DNA of 64,000 nt from a virus (Duplodnaviria; Caudoviricetes). Within the stretch, counting starts at the first letter, position 1. Each line of letters starts with the position of its first letter. A model generated the notes under the pieces. That model saw nothing but the letters and a program-made list of their open reading frames with translations. It was not told where the DNA came from and made no database searches. The stretch lies in IMG/VR virus record IMGVR_UViG_3300015606_001334, positions 32,001 through 96,000 of that record; one strand, written 5' to 3'. The position numbers and the translations under genes are program-made. This document shows, one piece after another, positions 9,652 through 19,865 of the stretch.

Positions 9652-12252
9652 ATGTATTTTGACGGCATAAATCTAGCGGATGGTTCAGTTGTTTCCAACT
9701 TGACCGTCCAATACGGTGGTACTCTGCCAAATAGTGGCCAAAACGTCGGCGAACTTTACTACGTTGATGGCACTGGTGCAGACCAACAAGGTCTTTACCT
9801 TTACAATGGCTCCACCTGGCAAGATCTAGCTTCTGACTCTGAAGTTAAGGCTCTAGAACAAGTTGCTTATATCATCAAGACTGCAAACTCCGCAGTTCCA
9901 AACGCTTTTGTTCTCGCAGGCAATGGCGCAGGTTTTGTTAAGACTGCAAACGACGGTTCAATCTCCGTTGAAGGCGCAATCAGCCTAGCAGGTGGCGAAG
10001 TTGTTGGTATCCTACCAGCTTCTCATTTGCCAGCTCTATCTGGTGACGTTAGCTCTTCAGCAGGTTCTTCAATCGTCACTCTAGCAAACACTGGCGTCAC
10101 AGCAGGAACCTATAATAAGGTTACTGTTGATGCTAAAGGTCGTGTAACCTCAGCTGTTGCTGCAACCACCCTAGCACAACTCGGTATTACTGATGGCGCA
10201 ACCCTAACCGGTTCTTCCTCTCAGGATTTCGTCGCTAAGTCTATGACTTTGTCTGGCGATCTACTACCATCTGCAAACGGCGTTTACAATATCGGTTCTA
10301 CCGGTATGCGTTGGTCAACCATCTTCGTTAATGAAGCAAAACTAAGCACCAACACCCTATACATCGGCGATACCCCAGTTATGGGTACTTCTGGTGACAC
10401 CATCAACATTAAGGCTGACCCAAATCAGTCTATCAACATGCAGACCTCCGGTACTGGCTCAACATTGGTTACTTCTACTAACCAAGTCCAGATCTCTACC
10501 TCTGGTTTGAATGCTGACGTTGTCATTCAGGCAACCGGTGCAGGTTCTGACGTTCGCTTCGGTTCTGGTTCTACCATCCAATTTACCGCTCCAACTTCTC
10601 AGTTCACTGGCGACGCAACTATCTCTGGTAACCAAACTGTTGGTGGCAACCTAACCATCACTGGTAACCTAACTGTTAACGGCACCAACACTGTCGTAAA
10701 CTCAACCACTGTTACAACCAAGGACAACATCCTTCTAGTCAACTACGGCGAAACCGGTTCTGGTGTTACTTCTGGTAAGGCAGGTATTCAAGTTGACCGT
10801 GGCGATCTAGCAGATTACCAAATCGTTTTCGACGAAACTGATGACATGTTCAAGGTTGGTCAAGTTGGTAACCTAGAAACCATCGCTTCACAAAACTACG
10901 TCATCGCTGGTTTTGCTCCACTATCTCACGTTGGCTCTTCTGGCTCTGCTCACGCTAATGCTACTGGTTCTGTTGCAGGTTTCATGTCCGCAGCTGACAA
11001 GAGCAAGCTAGATGGTATCGCAGCTTCTGCAAACAACTACACCCACCCAACTTCTGGCGTTACTGCAGGCACCTACACCAAGGTTACTGTTGACGCTAAC
11101 GGCCACGTAACTACCGGTGCTTCCCTAGTTGCCGCTGACGTTCCATCTCTAGATTGGAGCAAGATCACTACCGGCAAGCCATCGACCGTCGCAGGCTATG
11201 GTATCACTGATGCATACACTAAGACTGAAACTGATTCCCGTATCCAAGCAGTCGTTGGTGCAGCTCCAGCAGCTCTTGACACTCTTGCAGAAATCGCAAC
11301 TCAACTCGCAAACGACGAATCTGCAGTTTCCGCTCTAACCACTACAGTTTCTGGTAAGTTGGATTCTTCTGAAGTTGTTTCTACCGCAACTGCAAGCAAG
11401 GTTCTACGTCTTGACTCTACTGGCAAGCTACCAGCATCTATCACTGGTAATGCAGCAACCGCAACCAACGTAGCATGGACTGGTGTAACTGGTACTCCAA
11501 CTACCCTATCCGGTTATGGCATCACCGATGCATACACTAAGACCGCAACTGATTCCGCAATCAGCACTGCAATCGCTGGTGTTCAATCTGGTAACGTTTC
11601 AACTGCAACTTCCGCTGGTAAGCTAACCACTGCACGCACCATCGCAATGTCTGGTGACGTTACTTGGTCCGTTTCCTTCGACGGTTCTGCAAACGTAACC
11701 GCGGCTGGTACTCTAGCAGCTTCTGGCGTTACCGCAGGAACTTATCCAAAGGTCACTGTTAACGCTAAGGGTCTAGTCACTGGTGGCGCTTCTCTAGTTG
11801 CTGCTGATATCCCAGCACTTGACTGGAGCAAGATCACTACTGGCAAGCCAACTACTATCGCTGGTTATGGCATCACCGATGCATACACCAAGACTGAAGT
11901 TGATACCGCTCTAACTGCAAAGATCAACACTACAGCAGTCGGCGCAGCAAACGGTGTTGCAAGCCTAGATGGTGGCGGCAAGGTTCCAGCTTCTCAATTG
12001 CCTTCTTACGTTGACGACGTTGTAGAGTACGCATCCTTTGCTAACCTACCAGGTATTGGTGAAGCAGGAAAAATCTACGTCACGACCGACACCAACAAGG
12101 TCTATCGATTCACTGGTACGATCTATGTTGAAATCTCTGCAGCACCAGGTTCTACCGATGCAGTTGTTGAAGGTACTACCAACCTTTACTTCACTGCAGC
12201 AAGAGCACAAGCAGCAGTAGCAAACATCACAATCGATGGTGGCTCATTCTAA
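9652..12252 (+). CDS. tail fibre protein
   Basis: G/T/A/S-rich; repeats GVTAGTYTKVTVDAKG, LDWSKITTGKPTT.AGYGITDA; APAALDTLAEIA; LDGGGKVPASQLP; ends IDGGSF. Confidence 0.9.
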   Translation: MYFDGINLADGSVVSNLTVQYGGTLPNSGQNVGELYYVDGTGADQQGLYLYNGSTWQDLASDSEVKALEQVAYIIKTANSAVPNAFVLAGNGAGFVKTANDGSISVEGAISLAGGEVVGILPASHLPALSGDVSSSAGSSIVTLANTGVTAGTYNKVTVDAKGRVTSAVAATTLAQLGITDGATLTGSSSQDFVAKSMTLSGDLLPSANGVYNIGSTGMRWSTIFVNEAKLSTNTLYIGDTPVMGTSGDTINIKADPNQSINMQTSGTGSTLVTSTNQVQISTSGLNADVVIQATGAGSDVRFGSGSTIQFTAPTSQFTGDATISGNQTVGGNLTITGNLTVNGTNTVVNSTTVTTKDNILLVNYGETGSGVTSGKAGIQVDRGDLADYQIVFDETDDMFKVGQVGNLETIASQNYVIAGFAPLSHVGSSGSAHANATGSVAGFMSAADKSKLDGIAASANNYTHPTSGVTAGTYTKVTVDANGHVTTGASLVAADVPSLDWSKITTGKPSTVAGYGITDAYTKTETDSRIQAVVGAAPAALDTLAEIATQLANDESAVSALTTTVSGKLDSSEVVSTATASKVLRLDSTGKLPASITGNAATATNVAWTGVTGTPTTLSGYGITDAYTKTATDSAISTAIAGVQSGNVSTATSAGKLTTARTIAMSGDVTWSVSFDGSANVTAAGTLAASGVTAGTYPKVTVNAKGLVTGGASLVAADIPALDWSKITTGKPTTIAGYGITDAYTKTEVDTALTAKINTTAVGAANGVASLDGGGKVPASQLPSYVDDVVEYASFANLPGIGEAGKIYVTTDTNKVYRFTGTIYVEISAAPGSTDAVVEGTTNLYFTAARAQAAVANITIDGGSF

Positions 12253-12271
12253 TACAATGAGTTGAATAATG

Positions 12272-12304
12272 GAAAATGGCGCATCATGCGCCATTTTCTT
12301 TTTG
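12272..12304 (+). terminator. intrinsic terminator
   Basis: GAAAATGGCGCA-TCA-TGCGCCATTTTC followed by T run. Confidence 0.85.
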
Positions 12305-12358
12305 TTGCTATAAATAGATTCATGAATTCTTAACAAAACTTCTATATAGGAGAAAACC

Positions 12359-13129
12359 ATGTCTCAGACAATTCTTATCAAACGTTCATCAGTTTCTGGT
12401 AAGGCACCAACTACTGCTCAGCTTTCCCTCGGCGAACTAGCTCTAAACACTTACGATGGTAAGGTTTATCTAAAGAAGAACGTTCTTGGCACTGAATCTG
12501 TTGTTGAAGTAGGTGCAACTACCCTAACTGGCGACGCTACTGGTTCAGGTAATGATTCAATTGCCGTAACTTTGGCAGCAACCGGTGTTACTGCAGGCAC
12601 CTACACTAAGATCACCGTTGACTCAAAAGGTAGAGCAACCTCTGGTTCTTCACTAGTAGCTTCTGATATTCCAGCTCTTGACTGGTCTAAGATCACTTCC
12701 GGTAAGCCAACCACTCTAGCTGGTTATGGTATTACCGATGCAGCTACATCTACCCATGCTCACAATATCATTAGCACTAATGATACCCGTTCATCTAACT
12801 CAAGCCCATGGACTTATCCAGGCCTTTCTCTACATTTGAAGTCTAACACGACTGATAGCCTAGTGGATGGCGGCACCTATCACGCAGTTCTAAACATTGC
12901 TCAGTGGGCAGATTCTTCCGGCGGAGCAAGTCACCAGCTCGGCATGGTCGACAACAACCAAGTTTATCACCGTTCTACTATCAACGGTACCACCTTTACT
13001 GCTTGGGAACGTATCACCAAGGTCAATCCATCAACTCCAAAGGATGGTGACGTTAAGGTCGTTGGTTCGGTTGTTAGCGTTTACGCAGGCGGTGCATGGA
13101 GACAAATCTTCCCAGCAGTGTACGCTTAA
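12359..13129 (+). CDS. tail fibre-related protein
   Basis: N-terminal 'ILIKRSSVSGKAP...LGELALNTYDGKVY' phage fibre module plus one copy of the fibre repeat. Confidence 0.85.
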   Translation: MSQTILIKRSSVSGKAPTTAQLSLGELALNTYDGKVYLKKNVLGTESVVEVGATTLTGDATGSGNDSIAVTLAATGVTAGTYTKITVDSKGRATSGSSLVASDIPALDWSKITSGKPTTLAGYGITDAATSTHAHNIISTNDTRSSNSSPWTYPGLSLHLKSNTTDSLVDGGTYHAVLNIAQWADSSGGASHQLGMVDNNQVYHRSTINGTTFTAWERITKVNPSTPKDGDVKVVGSVVSVYAGGAWRQIFPAVYA

Positions 13130-13166
13130 TTTTGATTTTCTAAACCTAATAACGGAGAATTAAAAT

Positions 13167-14141
13167 ATGTCATACGCTCAAGGACAAAGCATCGCAGCTA
13201 GCGATTACAACACTTTCACCGGTGGTCAAGATCTTGGCGTAGCATTTGCATCCGCAGCAGCTGCGACTTCTAAAGTTTCAGCTCTTCTAGGTGTAGGTTA
13301 CGGCGATCGTGGTTATGGTCAAGCAACACCTTCACTTCCAGCAAAAGCAGCAGGTAACAGCATTGCTGCAGCTGATTGGCTAAACCTAAGAAACGCAATT
13401 GCTACTCTAGCTTCACATCAAGGCACTGCAACTACCCTTTTGCCTCCAACTACTGAATTTGTAGCCGGAGCATCTGTAAAGGCAGAAGCATCTGCAACTA
13501 CTGCTTACGACTTTGCAACTATGATTGCAAACGTTGACTCTAACCGTTTCAACACCAACTCTGGTGCTTCAATGACTTTGACCTCAAATGCATTGACCAT
13601 CTCTAGAGTTGGAACTTGGGGTGCTGGCTCTGCTGGTATTACAGCAATCGCAACTGCAACATTTGCTTCTGAAGATGCAGCTCGCTACTTCTTCAACTCA
13701 GGTGGCGAAATTCGTTTCATAGTTTCGCATCCAACTGGCTCTACTCAGGATAATAACTGGAATGCGGCATTGGCAGCAGTTGGAACAATCGCTTTCAAGG
13801 CAAATGCAACTACTAGATCTGGTACATCTGGAACTCCAGCAGCAATTGGTTACTACCAATTGACAACCACTAACCAATCCATCGTTTCTGGTGTAATTGG
13901 AACTGGTGCGTACTCAACCAACACCATTACTGTTTCAGCAAGAGCCGCAGCAATTACTGGGGCAAATGGCGCAAAGGGTTCTCAGATCATCTTCACTATC
14001 AACGTGCTTGATGCTCACACTAACGCCTTCTCAGACGTTTGTGCGGCCGGTACCGCAGTAGCTTTCTCATACACTAAAGCTACCGCAGTTCTAACTGGTA
14101 TTGCATCACCAACTATGGCCCAATCTCAAGCCTGGGCTTAA
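13167..14141 (+). CDS. virion structural protein
   Basis: A/T/G-rich; 'GYGQ' and 'ARYFFNSGGEIRF' motifs typical of large-phage structural proteins; in late operon. Confidence 0.7.
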   Translation: MSYAQGQSIAASDYNTFTGGQDLGVAFASAAAATSKVSALLGVGYGDRGYGQATPSLPAKAAGNSIAAADWLNLRNAIATLASHQGTATTLLPPTTEFVAGASVKAEASATTAYDFATMIANVDSNRFNTNSGASMTLTSNALTISRVGTWGAGSAGITAIATATFASEDAARYFFNSGGEIRFIVSHPTGSTQDNNWNAALAAVGTIAFKANATTRSGTSGTPAAIGYYQLTTTNQSIVSGVIGTGAYSTNTITVSARAAAITGANGAKGSQIIFTINVLDAHTNAFSDVCAAGTAVAFSYTKATAVLTGIASPTMAQSQAWA

Positions 14142-14704
14142 AGAATGTAGTGAAAGAAAAAGGGAGCCATTTGGCTCCCTTTTTCTTTGGTCTTCACGAC
14201 CTCAATGGCCGCTCGAAATTTTCGTTTCGCCCAATGTTCTTTTCGCCGCTTAAGGGTCTCAATCATCTCTTTTGCCCGTTGATATGCAGGCTGAGCTTGA
14301 ATCCAATTATGCGCCCATGTTCGGATTTTCAGGATCGTATCGCGAATCCAACAAACCCAAACAAACTTGGTAATTTGTGGAGATGTTACTTCCCACATCC
14401 AAGCAAATAGAGCGGTGCCTGTGATTTTAGCAGCGATGAACAGGATCACACCAAAAAATGCATGATTGTTGCCTATCAGCCACACCACAGCAAGTTTAAC
14501 CGGGATGAACGATAATTCAGGGATCACAAATGCCGCAAGAGATACCCATTTGTTTTGATTGCGAAGAACTGCTTCGATAGTTCTGAAGATCGGTAAAGCT
14601 GCAACCGCCTTCATGAACTTCAACAAACGGAACCAAAGCCATTCTTCGAAGAAAATGAATAGCGTCGCGCCGAAGACGAACGTGCTACTAAGAATTCGTT
14701 TCAT
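14138..14704 (-). CDS. membrane protein
   Basis: Several hydrophobic helices; FFEEWLW motif. Confidence 0.7.
   Translation of the reverse strand: MKRILSSTFVFGATLFIFFEEWLWFRLLKFMKAVAALPIFRTIEAVLRNQNKWVSLAAFVIPELSFIPVKLAVVWLIGNNHAFFGVILFIAAKITGTALFAWMWEVTSPQITKFVWVCWIRDTILKIRTWAHNWIQAQPAYQRAKEMIETLKRRKEHWAKRKFRAAIEVVKTKEKGSQMAPFFFHYIL
14153..14188. terminator. bidirectional intrinsic terminator at convergence point
   Basis: 17-bp inverted repeat AAAGAAAAAGGGAGCCA / TGGCTCCCTTTTTCTTT. Confidence 0.85.
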
Positions 14705-15099
14705 TACTCGGTAGTATCCGTGTCAGTGATTTTGGACAGCTTTCCATTAATGACTACGGAATCGTCTGAAGTAATGGTGCCATAGAAGATTTCTTCTGCC
14801 TTGACTTGTCCACCTGAAATAATGATAAGGGACTCGTGAGCAACAATCTTGTTCACCGAAACGCTACCGGTTACAACCACATGATCTGCCTCAATAGTTC
14901 CACCATTCACCGTTCCTTCAACGATTACAGTGCAAGCGCCATCATGGGCACCTGAGGCTCGGAACACATCACCCTTGACAGCACCTGAAATTTTCATGGT
15001 TCCTTTGAAGGTGATACAACCTTCAACGTCCATACCAACGGCAACAATAGAATTGACAGCATTCAGATTGGGCTTCTTCGACTTGCAAATACCAAACAT
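14704..15099 (-). CDS. bactofilin (polymer-forming cytoskeletal, CcmA-like)
   Basis: Beta-helix repeats 'SIVAVGMDVEGCITFKGTMKISGAVKGDV...VEGTVNGGTIEADHVVVTGSV...INGKL'. Confidence 0.8.
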   Translation of the reverse strand: MFGICKSKKPNLNAVNSIVAVGMDVEGCITFKGTMKISGAVKGDVFRASGAHDGACTVIVEGTVNGGTIEADHVVVTGSVSVNKIVAHESLIIISGGQVKAEEIFYGTITSDDSVVINGKLSKITDTDTTE

Positions 15100-15100
15100 C

Positions 15101-15631
15101 TTATTTTCTCCTTATGTCCATGAAAACGGACTTAAATTGATTACTCTCATCAGCGTCTATCGATTCTAGAAGCTCATGTTCCCAAATACCCAAGTCAGAA
15201 AAGTCTGGAAAATTCACGATTGCGTCACCATTGATTTTAGTTTTTACAACAGTGATGTGATACTTTCCAACCATGTCCTTTTGGATTGCTTCATTATACA
15301 CCATTCCGCCACCGATTAAAAATGGTTTTTTCTCGGGGAAAATTGTGTATGCCATTGCGCAAGCATCTTCTAATGAATTCGCAACGACAACATCACCACG
15401 TTTCAGCATTTCATATTTTGATTTGCTTGTAATGACGATATTGACCCGATTAGGGAGAGGTTTTCCGAGTGATTCAAAAGTATTTCGGCCCATAATGACT
15501 ACATTTCCAGTCGTCAAACCTCTGAAACGAATCATGTCGGTCTTTTGTTTCCAGACCAAAGGTTCAGGTCCAGATTTTCCAATGCAACCATTCATATCAG
15601 TTGCAACAATTAGATTTAGGAATCTTTTCAT
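15101..15631 (-). CDS. folA: dihydrofolate reductase
   Basis: LIVATDMNGCIG, VIMGRNTFESLGKPLPNRVNIVIT, LIGGGMVY; start reassigned to MKRFLNL. Confidence 0.9.
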   Translation of the reverse strand: MKRFLNLIVATDMNGCIGKSGPEPLVWKQKTDMIRFRGLTTGNVVIMGRNTFESLGKPLPNRVNIVITSKSKYEMLKRGDVVVANSLEDACAMAYTIFPEKKPFLIGGGMVYNEAIQKDMVGKYHITVVKTKINGDAIVNFPDFSDLGIWEHELLESIDADESNQFKSVFMDIRRK

Positions 15632-15642
15632 AATGATAGATA

Positions 15643-15678
15643 CAAAAATGGCGCAAAGTCCGAAAACCTTGCGCCATT
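15643..15678 (-). terminator. intrinsic terminator after Ro60 gene
   Basis: AATGGCGCAAGGTT-TTCG-GACTTTGCGCCATT followed by TTTG. Confidence 0.85.
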
Positions 15679-15684
15679 CAGTTC

Positions 15685-17292
15685 TTAGAACTGACTGATC
15701 AGCTGCGGAGTTGCAGAGTCGAAACCAACAACGTCCAACATACCAGCATCCTTCGGATCGGCGATGGAGAAGTTGGTAACGGAAGTGCCGCAAACGATCA
15801 ACTTACCCTTACCGTACTGATCACGATATTGCTTCAGAGCCTGAGTCGGATGGATACGACCAGCCCAAGTTTCGTTGTCAGTGTAAACGCAGAACTTGTC
15901 CACGTTCATCTTGTGCTTCATCGCATACAACATCGGTTGGGCGCAGTCAGTGCCGCCCCAGTTGAAGTTGCGCATGGTGCTCAAGACGGTGTCAAGACGC
16001 ATGTTCGGAGAGATCTTCAGTTCAGACATGGTAGTGTCGAAACCACCGATCCAGTAGTTGGATTCAACCTTTGCAGTTGCAAGCGCCATAACAGCAGCAG
16101 CTTCAGCAGCAGTAAGGTTGTTGATACCCATACAACGAGCACCAAACATGGAGCCAGAGCAGTCGATGCCAAGCAGGTAGTTCTCGCCGGACGGTTCGAT
16201 GTTCTTGAAGGAAGCGTAGAAGGCATCGTTCAGAGCGTCAACCACACGCTGAGAGACATTCCAAGTCATGGAGCCCTTGTCACCGCGACCTTGTTGGTAG
16301 GTCTTCATTGCGGACAACAGAGTGATCGGGTGAACACGACCATTCTTCAGAGCTTCAGCATCGCTCAAGCGGGCAACAGCCAGCTTTTCGCCGTCAGACA
16401 GACCACGGATCACGCCATTTGCAGACATACGACCCAAGTTGCGGATCAGCGCAGAGATACCCATGGAAGGGAGCAGAGCTTCCCAAACCTTGGAATCGGC
16501 GAGCACCTGAGTAGGCAACATTTCCCAAGTCAAACCGTAGTCGCGAACTGCCTTGACAGCGTTGGCAACGGTCGGGTTCTTGTGGAGTTCTTCGAAAACA
16601 CCGAAGAGTTGCGGCAACTTAGCGTTGTCGAGATGCTTGCGATCATTGGTCATCCAATGGAACATCGCGTTGTGGGATTCAGTGGTCGGCTTGACGTGAG
16701 CCAAACGAAGAACGTCACGATGAGACCAGCCGTTACGTTGCTGGTACTTCAGCAACTGCATAGCGAGCTTGTCTTCTTGGCGTGCGTACCACTTGGCAAC
16801 ACCACGCTTTGCGTAGCCACGCCACTTACCGAACTTGTTGTAAGCCTCCATGAAGGAGAACAAGTGGGTACCGATACGGCAGACCTTGCCAAGGTTGGCG
16901 AAAGCATGTTCCGCAACTTCCTTGTTATCAGAAGCAGCAGCCAGAGCCAACACGAAGATGGCAGGATCGTTCTTGAAAGCGCGACCTTGGTCGGAGATTT
17001 CAACAACACGGTCAATTGCACGCTTACCGTTTTCCTTGATGCAGGCGATAACGTTCTTTGCGTTATCCAGAGTTACGTTCTTTTCAGAAGCGTAGTAGTG
17101 GCCGCCTTCAGAGCCCATGATGATGAAGCGGTCGAACTGACCCCACTTATCCATCACGAAGGAGAAGCCTCCTGCGTTGTTCTTAGCCATGTCAGCTTCG
17201 CGACCAGGGATCGCCTTGCTCTGAGCAGTAGCCTTTGGGTTGAGTTCGCCATCGAGGATGTCGGAATAACGAGCGGTTGCATTCTTAGCCAT
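15685..17292 (-). CDS. rsr: Ro60/TROVE RNA-binding protein
   Basis: NNAGGFSF, RFIIMGSEGG, KYQQRNGWSHRDVLRLAH, ALIRNLGRM, vWA DCSGSM, GGTDC, TDNETW, LDVVGFD. Confidence 0.95.
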   Translation of the reverse strand: MAKNATARYSDILDGELNPKATAQSKAIPGREADMAKNNAGGFSFVMDKWGQFDRFIIMGSEGGHYYASEKNVTLDNAKNVIACIKENGKRAIDRVVEISDQGRAFKNDPAIFVLALAAASDNKEVAEHAFANLGKVCRIGTHLFSFMEAYNKFGKWRGYAKRGVAKWYARQEDKLAMQLLKYQQRNGWSHRDVLRLAHVKPTTESHNAMFHWMTNDRKHLDNAKLPQLFGVFEELHKNPTVANAVKAVRDYGLTWEMLPTQVLADSKVWEALLPSMGISALIRNLGRMSANGVIRGLSDGEKLAVARLSDAEALKNGRVHPITLLSAMKTYQQGRGDKGSMTWNVSQRVVDALNDAFYASFKNIEPSGENYLLGIDCSGSMFGARCMGINNLTAAEAAAVMALATAKVESNYWIGGFDTTMSELKISPNMRLDTVLSTMRNFNWGGTDCAQPMLYAMKHKMNVDKFCVYTDNETWAGRIHPTQALKQYRDQYGKGKLIVCGTSVTNFSIADPKDAGMLDVVGFDSATPQLISQF

Positions 17293-17366
17293 GTTGTTTC
17301 TCCTTGTGAAAGTGTGTACGGATTAAGTTGATTGTTGCTTAATCAAAATTAGCTAACAGAATTTGA

Positions 17367-17396
17367 ATTGTAATCAAATTCTGATAAGTTGTAAAC
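17367..17396 (-). promoter_or_regulatory. early promoter for Ro60 operon
   Basis: GTTTAC-N18-TACAAT. Confidence 0.7.
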
Positions 17397-17414
17397 TGCT
17401 GTGGGTGAAATTAT

Positions 17415-17873
17415 TTATTTGATCGGAACGTAAACTATACCAGGTTCCAGAATCAGTGAGCCAGGTGTAAGTCCAGAGACGTCAAGTTTATCAGGATTGT
17501 CGTACTTAATGGTGTTATCGAAACGATAGAACGTCTCAAAACCATTGTTGAAGATGACTTTTACCTGCTCATGGATGTCTTTACCACCGAATTTACCAAC
17601 GACCTTTTGGCCTTCTGTGATAATTTCTTTGATATCGAAACCTTGTTCATCTTCGAGTTGCTTGGGAGTAATTTCGGCTTTTGGCTGAATAAAACCTGAA
17701 GAGGTTCCAACTACATACGCTATACCACCAACTACGGCAAGAAACGCCTGGTAGATAATTGCTATAACGATTGCGTTGAGATAGCTTGTATCAACATTAT
17801 TGATTTCATTTGAAAAAGCTATTGCCCCAAAAATGCACACGCTACTTAAGCCCAGCCTTGTTGCTATTTTCAT
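17415..17873 (-). CDS. hypothetical membrane protein
   Basis: Two N-terminal hydrophobic segments. Confidence 0.65.
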   Translation of the reverse strand: MKIATRLGLSSVCIFGAIAFSNEINNVDTSYLNAIVIAIIYQAFLAVVGGIAYVVGTSSGFIQPKAEITPKQLEDEQGFDIKEIITEGQKVVGKFGGKDIHEQVKVIFNNGFETFYRFDNTIKYDNPDKLDVSGLTPGSLILEPGIVYVPIK

Positions 17874-17973
17874 TCTTCTTATCCCGAGGTATTGTTATTA
17901 TTCGAAAGCAAACCGCTACCGAATGATGTATTATAACACAATCCAGTAGCGGTGTATACTGAGTGAATGCAGA

Positions 17974-18540
17974 TTAATTCAGGTGCAATCTTGAATTTTC
18001 AGGAACAAACTGCATCAAGAAGTCCATTTGATCAGCCAGGATGTTTCGGTTCATCAAGATCAAATGTTCTGCTTTAGTTGGGACGTAAGGAACGTAGAGC
18101 AATTGCATGTGAGCTTGCTCAGGAGTTCTGCAGTCTTTATGTTGATTACACTTTTGGCAGGCCGCAACAACGTTCATCCATAAGTCCTTACCACCCTGGG
18201 CCTTAGGCTTGATGTGATCGCGAGTCAGGTCGTCTGCATGGAAGTGCTTTCCACAATACGCACAGATCTGACGGTCACGTCTGAACAAAGCTTTGTTGGT
18301 CAAGGTAGGTGTCTTATGATTGAATTTAGACTTTCCATTTTCGCTACGAACTGCGATAATTGAAGGAGTAACAATTTCAGACACTTCACCTGTTAGACGA
18401 GATACCCCACCGTGGAAGGTGAAATAGTTTTCACCCAGTGACCATGCAACCTGACCTTTCGCTTGTTTAGTAACAGCTTCTTGCCAAGTAACCCACTCTT
18501 GTGGAGTGCCATATATGTCTAGAGATAGAATTTGTGCCAT
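17974..18540 (-). CDS. HNH endonuclease
   Basis: LFRRDRQICAYCG...LTRDHIKPKAQGG..W.NVVAACQKCNQHK. Confidence 0.9.
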   Translation of the reverse strand: MAQILSLDIYGTPQEWVTWQEAVTKQAKGQVAWSLGENYFTFHGGVSRLTGEVSEIVTPSIIAVRSENGKSKFNHKTPTLTNKALFRRDRQICAYCGKHFHADDLTRDHIKPKAQGGKDLWMNVVAACQKCNQHKDCRTPEQAHMQLLYVPYVPTKAEHLILMNRNILADQMDFLMQFVPENSRLHLN

Positions 18541-18580
18541 GTTTTTACCTTTTTCAATTTGAATCTACATTTAGATTGTC

Positions 18581-19009
18581 CTATGAGAGTTTTTGTTTTT
18601 GCAAAGTCTCCTCAAGCTTAGTAACAAAGGCTTGATGATCTTTGCGCCCGAATTTAACGAATTCTTCAGCAGTCATCCAGACCGTATAAGCTGTCTCATA
18701 GCAAGGAGCGACGAACTTTGAAACATCCTCAATCTCACCTGCGAAAACGGATAGCTTATAGTTCTTGTATGAACTTCTGCCTACATCAAAGCAGTTTTTC
18801 AAGTTTGAGCGAATCAAACCAAGTTCTTCTTCTGCTTCTCTCAAAGCAGTTTCTTGATCAGTTTCGCCAGGGTCTTGACCACCCTTGGAAATCATTGGCA
18901 GCGAGCCGCCATAGGCAGCATCTGATGAGACCATCATCAGGTATTTAAACTTTCCGATCGTCTCATTAAAAATATACGGGATAAATCCCGCTTTTACTTT
19001 CTTTGCCAT
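18581..19009 (-). CDS. Nudix hydrolase
   Basis: KGGQDPGETDQETALREAEEELG Nudix box. Confidence 0.9.
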   Translation of the reverse strand: MAKKVKAGFIPYIFNETIGKFKYLMMVSSDAAYGGSLPMISKGGQDPGETDQETALREAEEELGLIRSNLKNCFDVGRSSYKNYKLSVFAGEIEDVSKFVAPCYETAYTVWMTAEEFVKFGRKDHQAFVTKLEETLQKQKLS

Positions 19010-19275
19010 GATTTCCTCTACTTGTTCATTTTGTCATCTCCAATGTCAAGATCCATATCGATTTCAGAATACGCGAAAAGATCCGGGCGATAGGAAGAAA
19101 TACCCAACAGGTACTTCACCCAATCGATCAAATAGCGGAAGTATCCGATCCAACCAAGGTTGGTCACTTCCCACCAATCGATCTTTACCTTTTCGATAAA
19201 TCGATCTAGCATCTTTTTACCTTTGATGTTTGACAAATGCAATTATATCAAACTTCAGAAAAAGAGTAAATCTTT

Positions 19276-19833
19276 TTATGCAGTCACAGGTTTTGCTGGG
19301 TTAATTAATTGTTGTGATTGTTGTGATAGGTGAGCTTTTAACTTGCCACGAATCTGTTCAAAGAAGCTTCGCATCTTATTGATGTCACGAAGAAGAGTCT
19401 CTCTCGACTGATCATCTTCGTTGTCTTCTTCTAGATTCTTCAGAAGTTGCTCATACTGCTCGATGAATGAAGGAGCAGCCTCGCCAATCTCTTTAAGTCT
19501 GTCATCCGCAATAACCATGCGATGTTCATCTTCACCGTAAACTTTTTCTTGACCGGCTTCAGCGATGTCGTTCAACAGACGTAGGAGTTGTTTAGGCTTC
19601 GCGATATCAGCAAAGGATCCGCGTAGGTCTGACTTACCAAGCACACGGAAACCTGCTAGCGACTTTGCTAGCTCGGAGACGTCGATGTCTTGTTGCTTGA
19701 TAGTGCGATGACGATTGTTAAGCTTCGCATAAATTTGACCAAGAAATTTATCCGCGCTCTCTACGATCATCGCAGAAGTTTGAATTTCTCGTTCTTCTGC
19801 AAGAACTTGAAGGTCTTTGATCAATTGTAGCAT
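19276..19833 (-). CDS. hypothetical protein (late, possibly virion internal)
   Basis: TATAAATA directly upstream (about 19867-19874). Confidence 0.65.
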   Translation of the reverse strand: MLQLIKDLQVLAEEREIQTSAMIVESADKFLGQIYAKLNNRHRTIKQQDIDVSELAKSLAGFRVLGKSDLRGSFADIAKPKQLLRLLNDIAEAGQEKVYGEDEHRMVIADDRLKEIGEAAPSFIEQYEQLLKNLEEDNEDDQSRETLLRDINKMRSFFEQIRGKLKAHLSQQSQQLINPAKPVTA

Positions 19834-19865
19834 GTTAACGGCCTAAAAGAGGATTGTACATAATC

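Noticed and set aside
15632-15793. N-terminal extension of DHFR (similarly TctA 50971-51078, toxin 35973-36083, and 38384-38464)
   Set aside because: These extensions overlap upstream genes, terminators or tRNAs; downstream starts fit better.
15829-17331. 500-aa plus-strand ORF (also 29906-30808, 58757-59365, 61764-62705, 27109-27798)
   Set aside because: Antisense shadows of real, codon-biased minus-strand genes; no SD or recognisable motifs.
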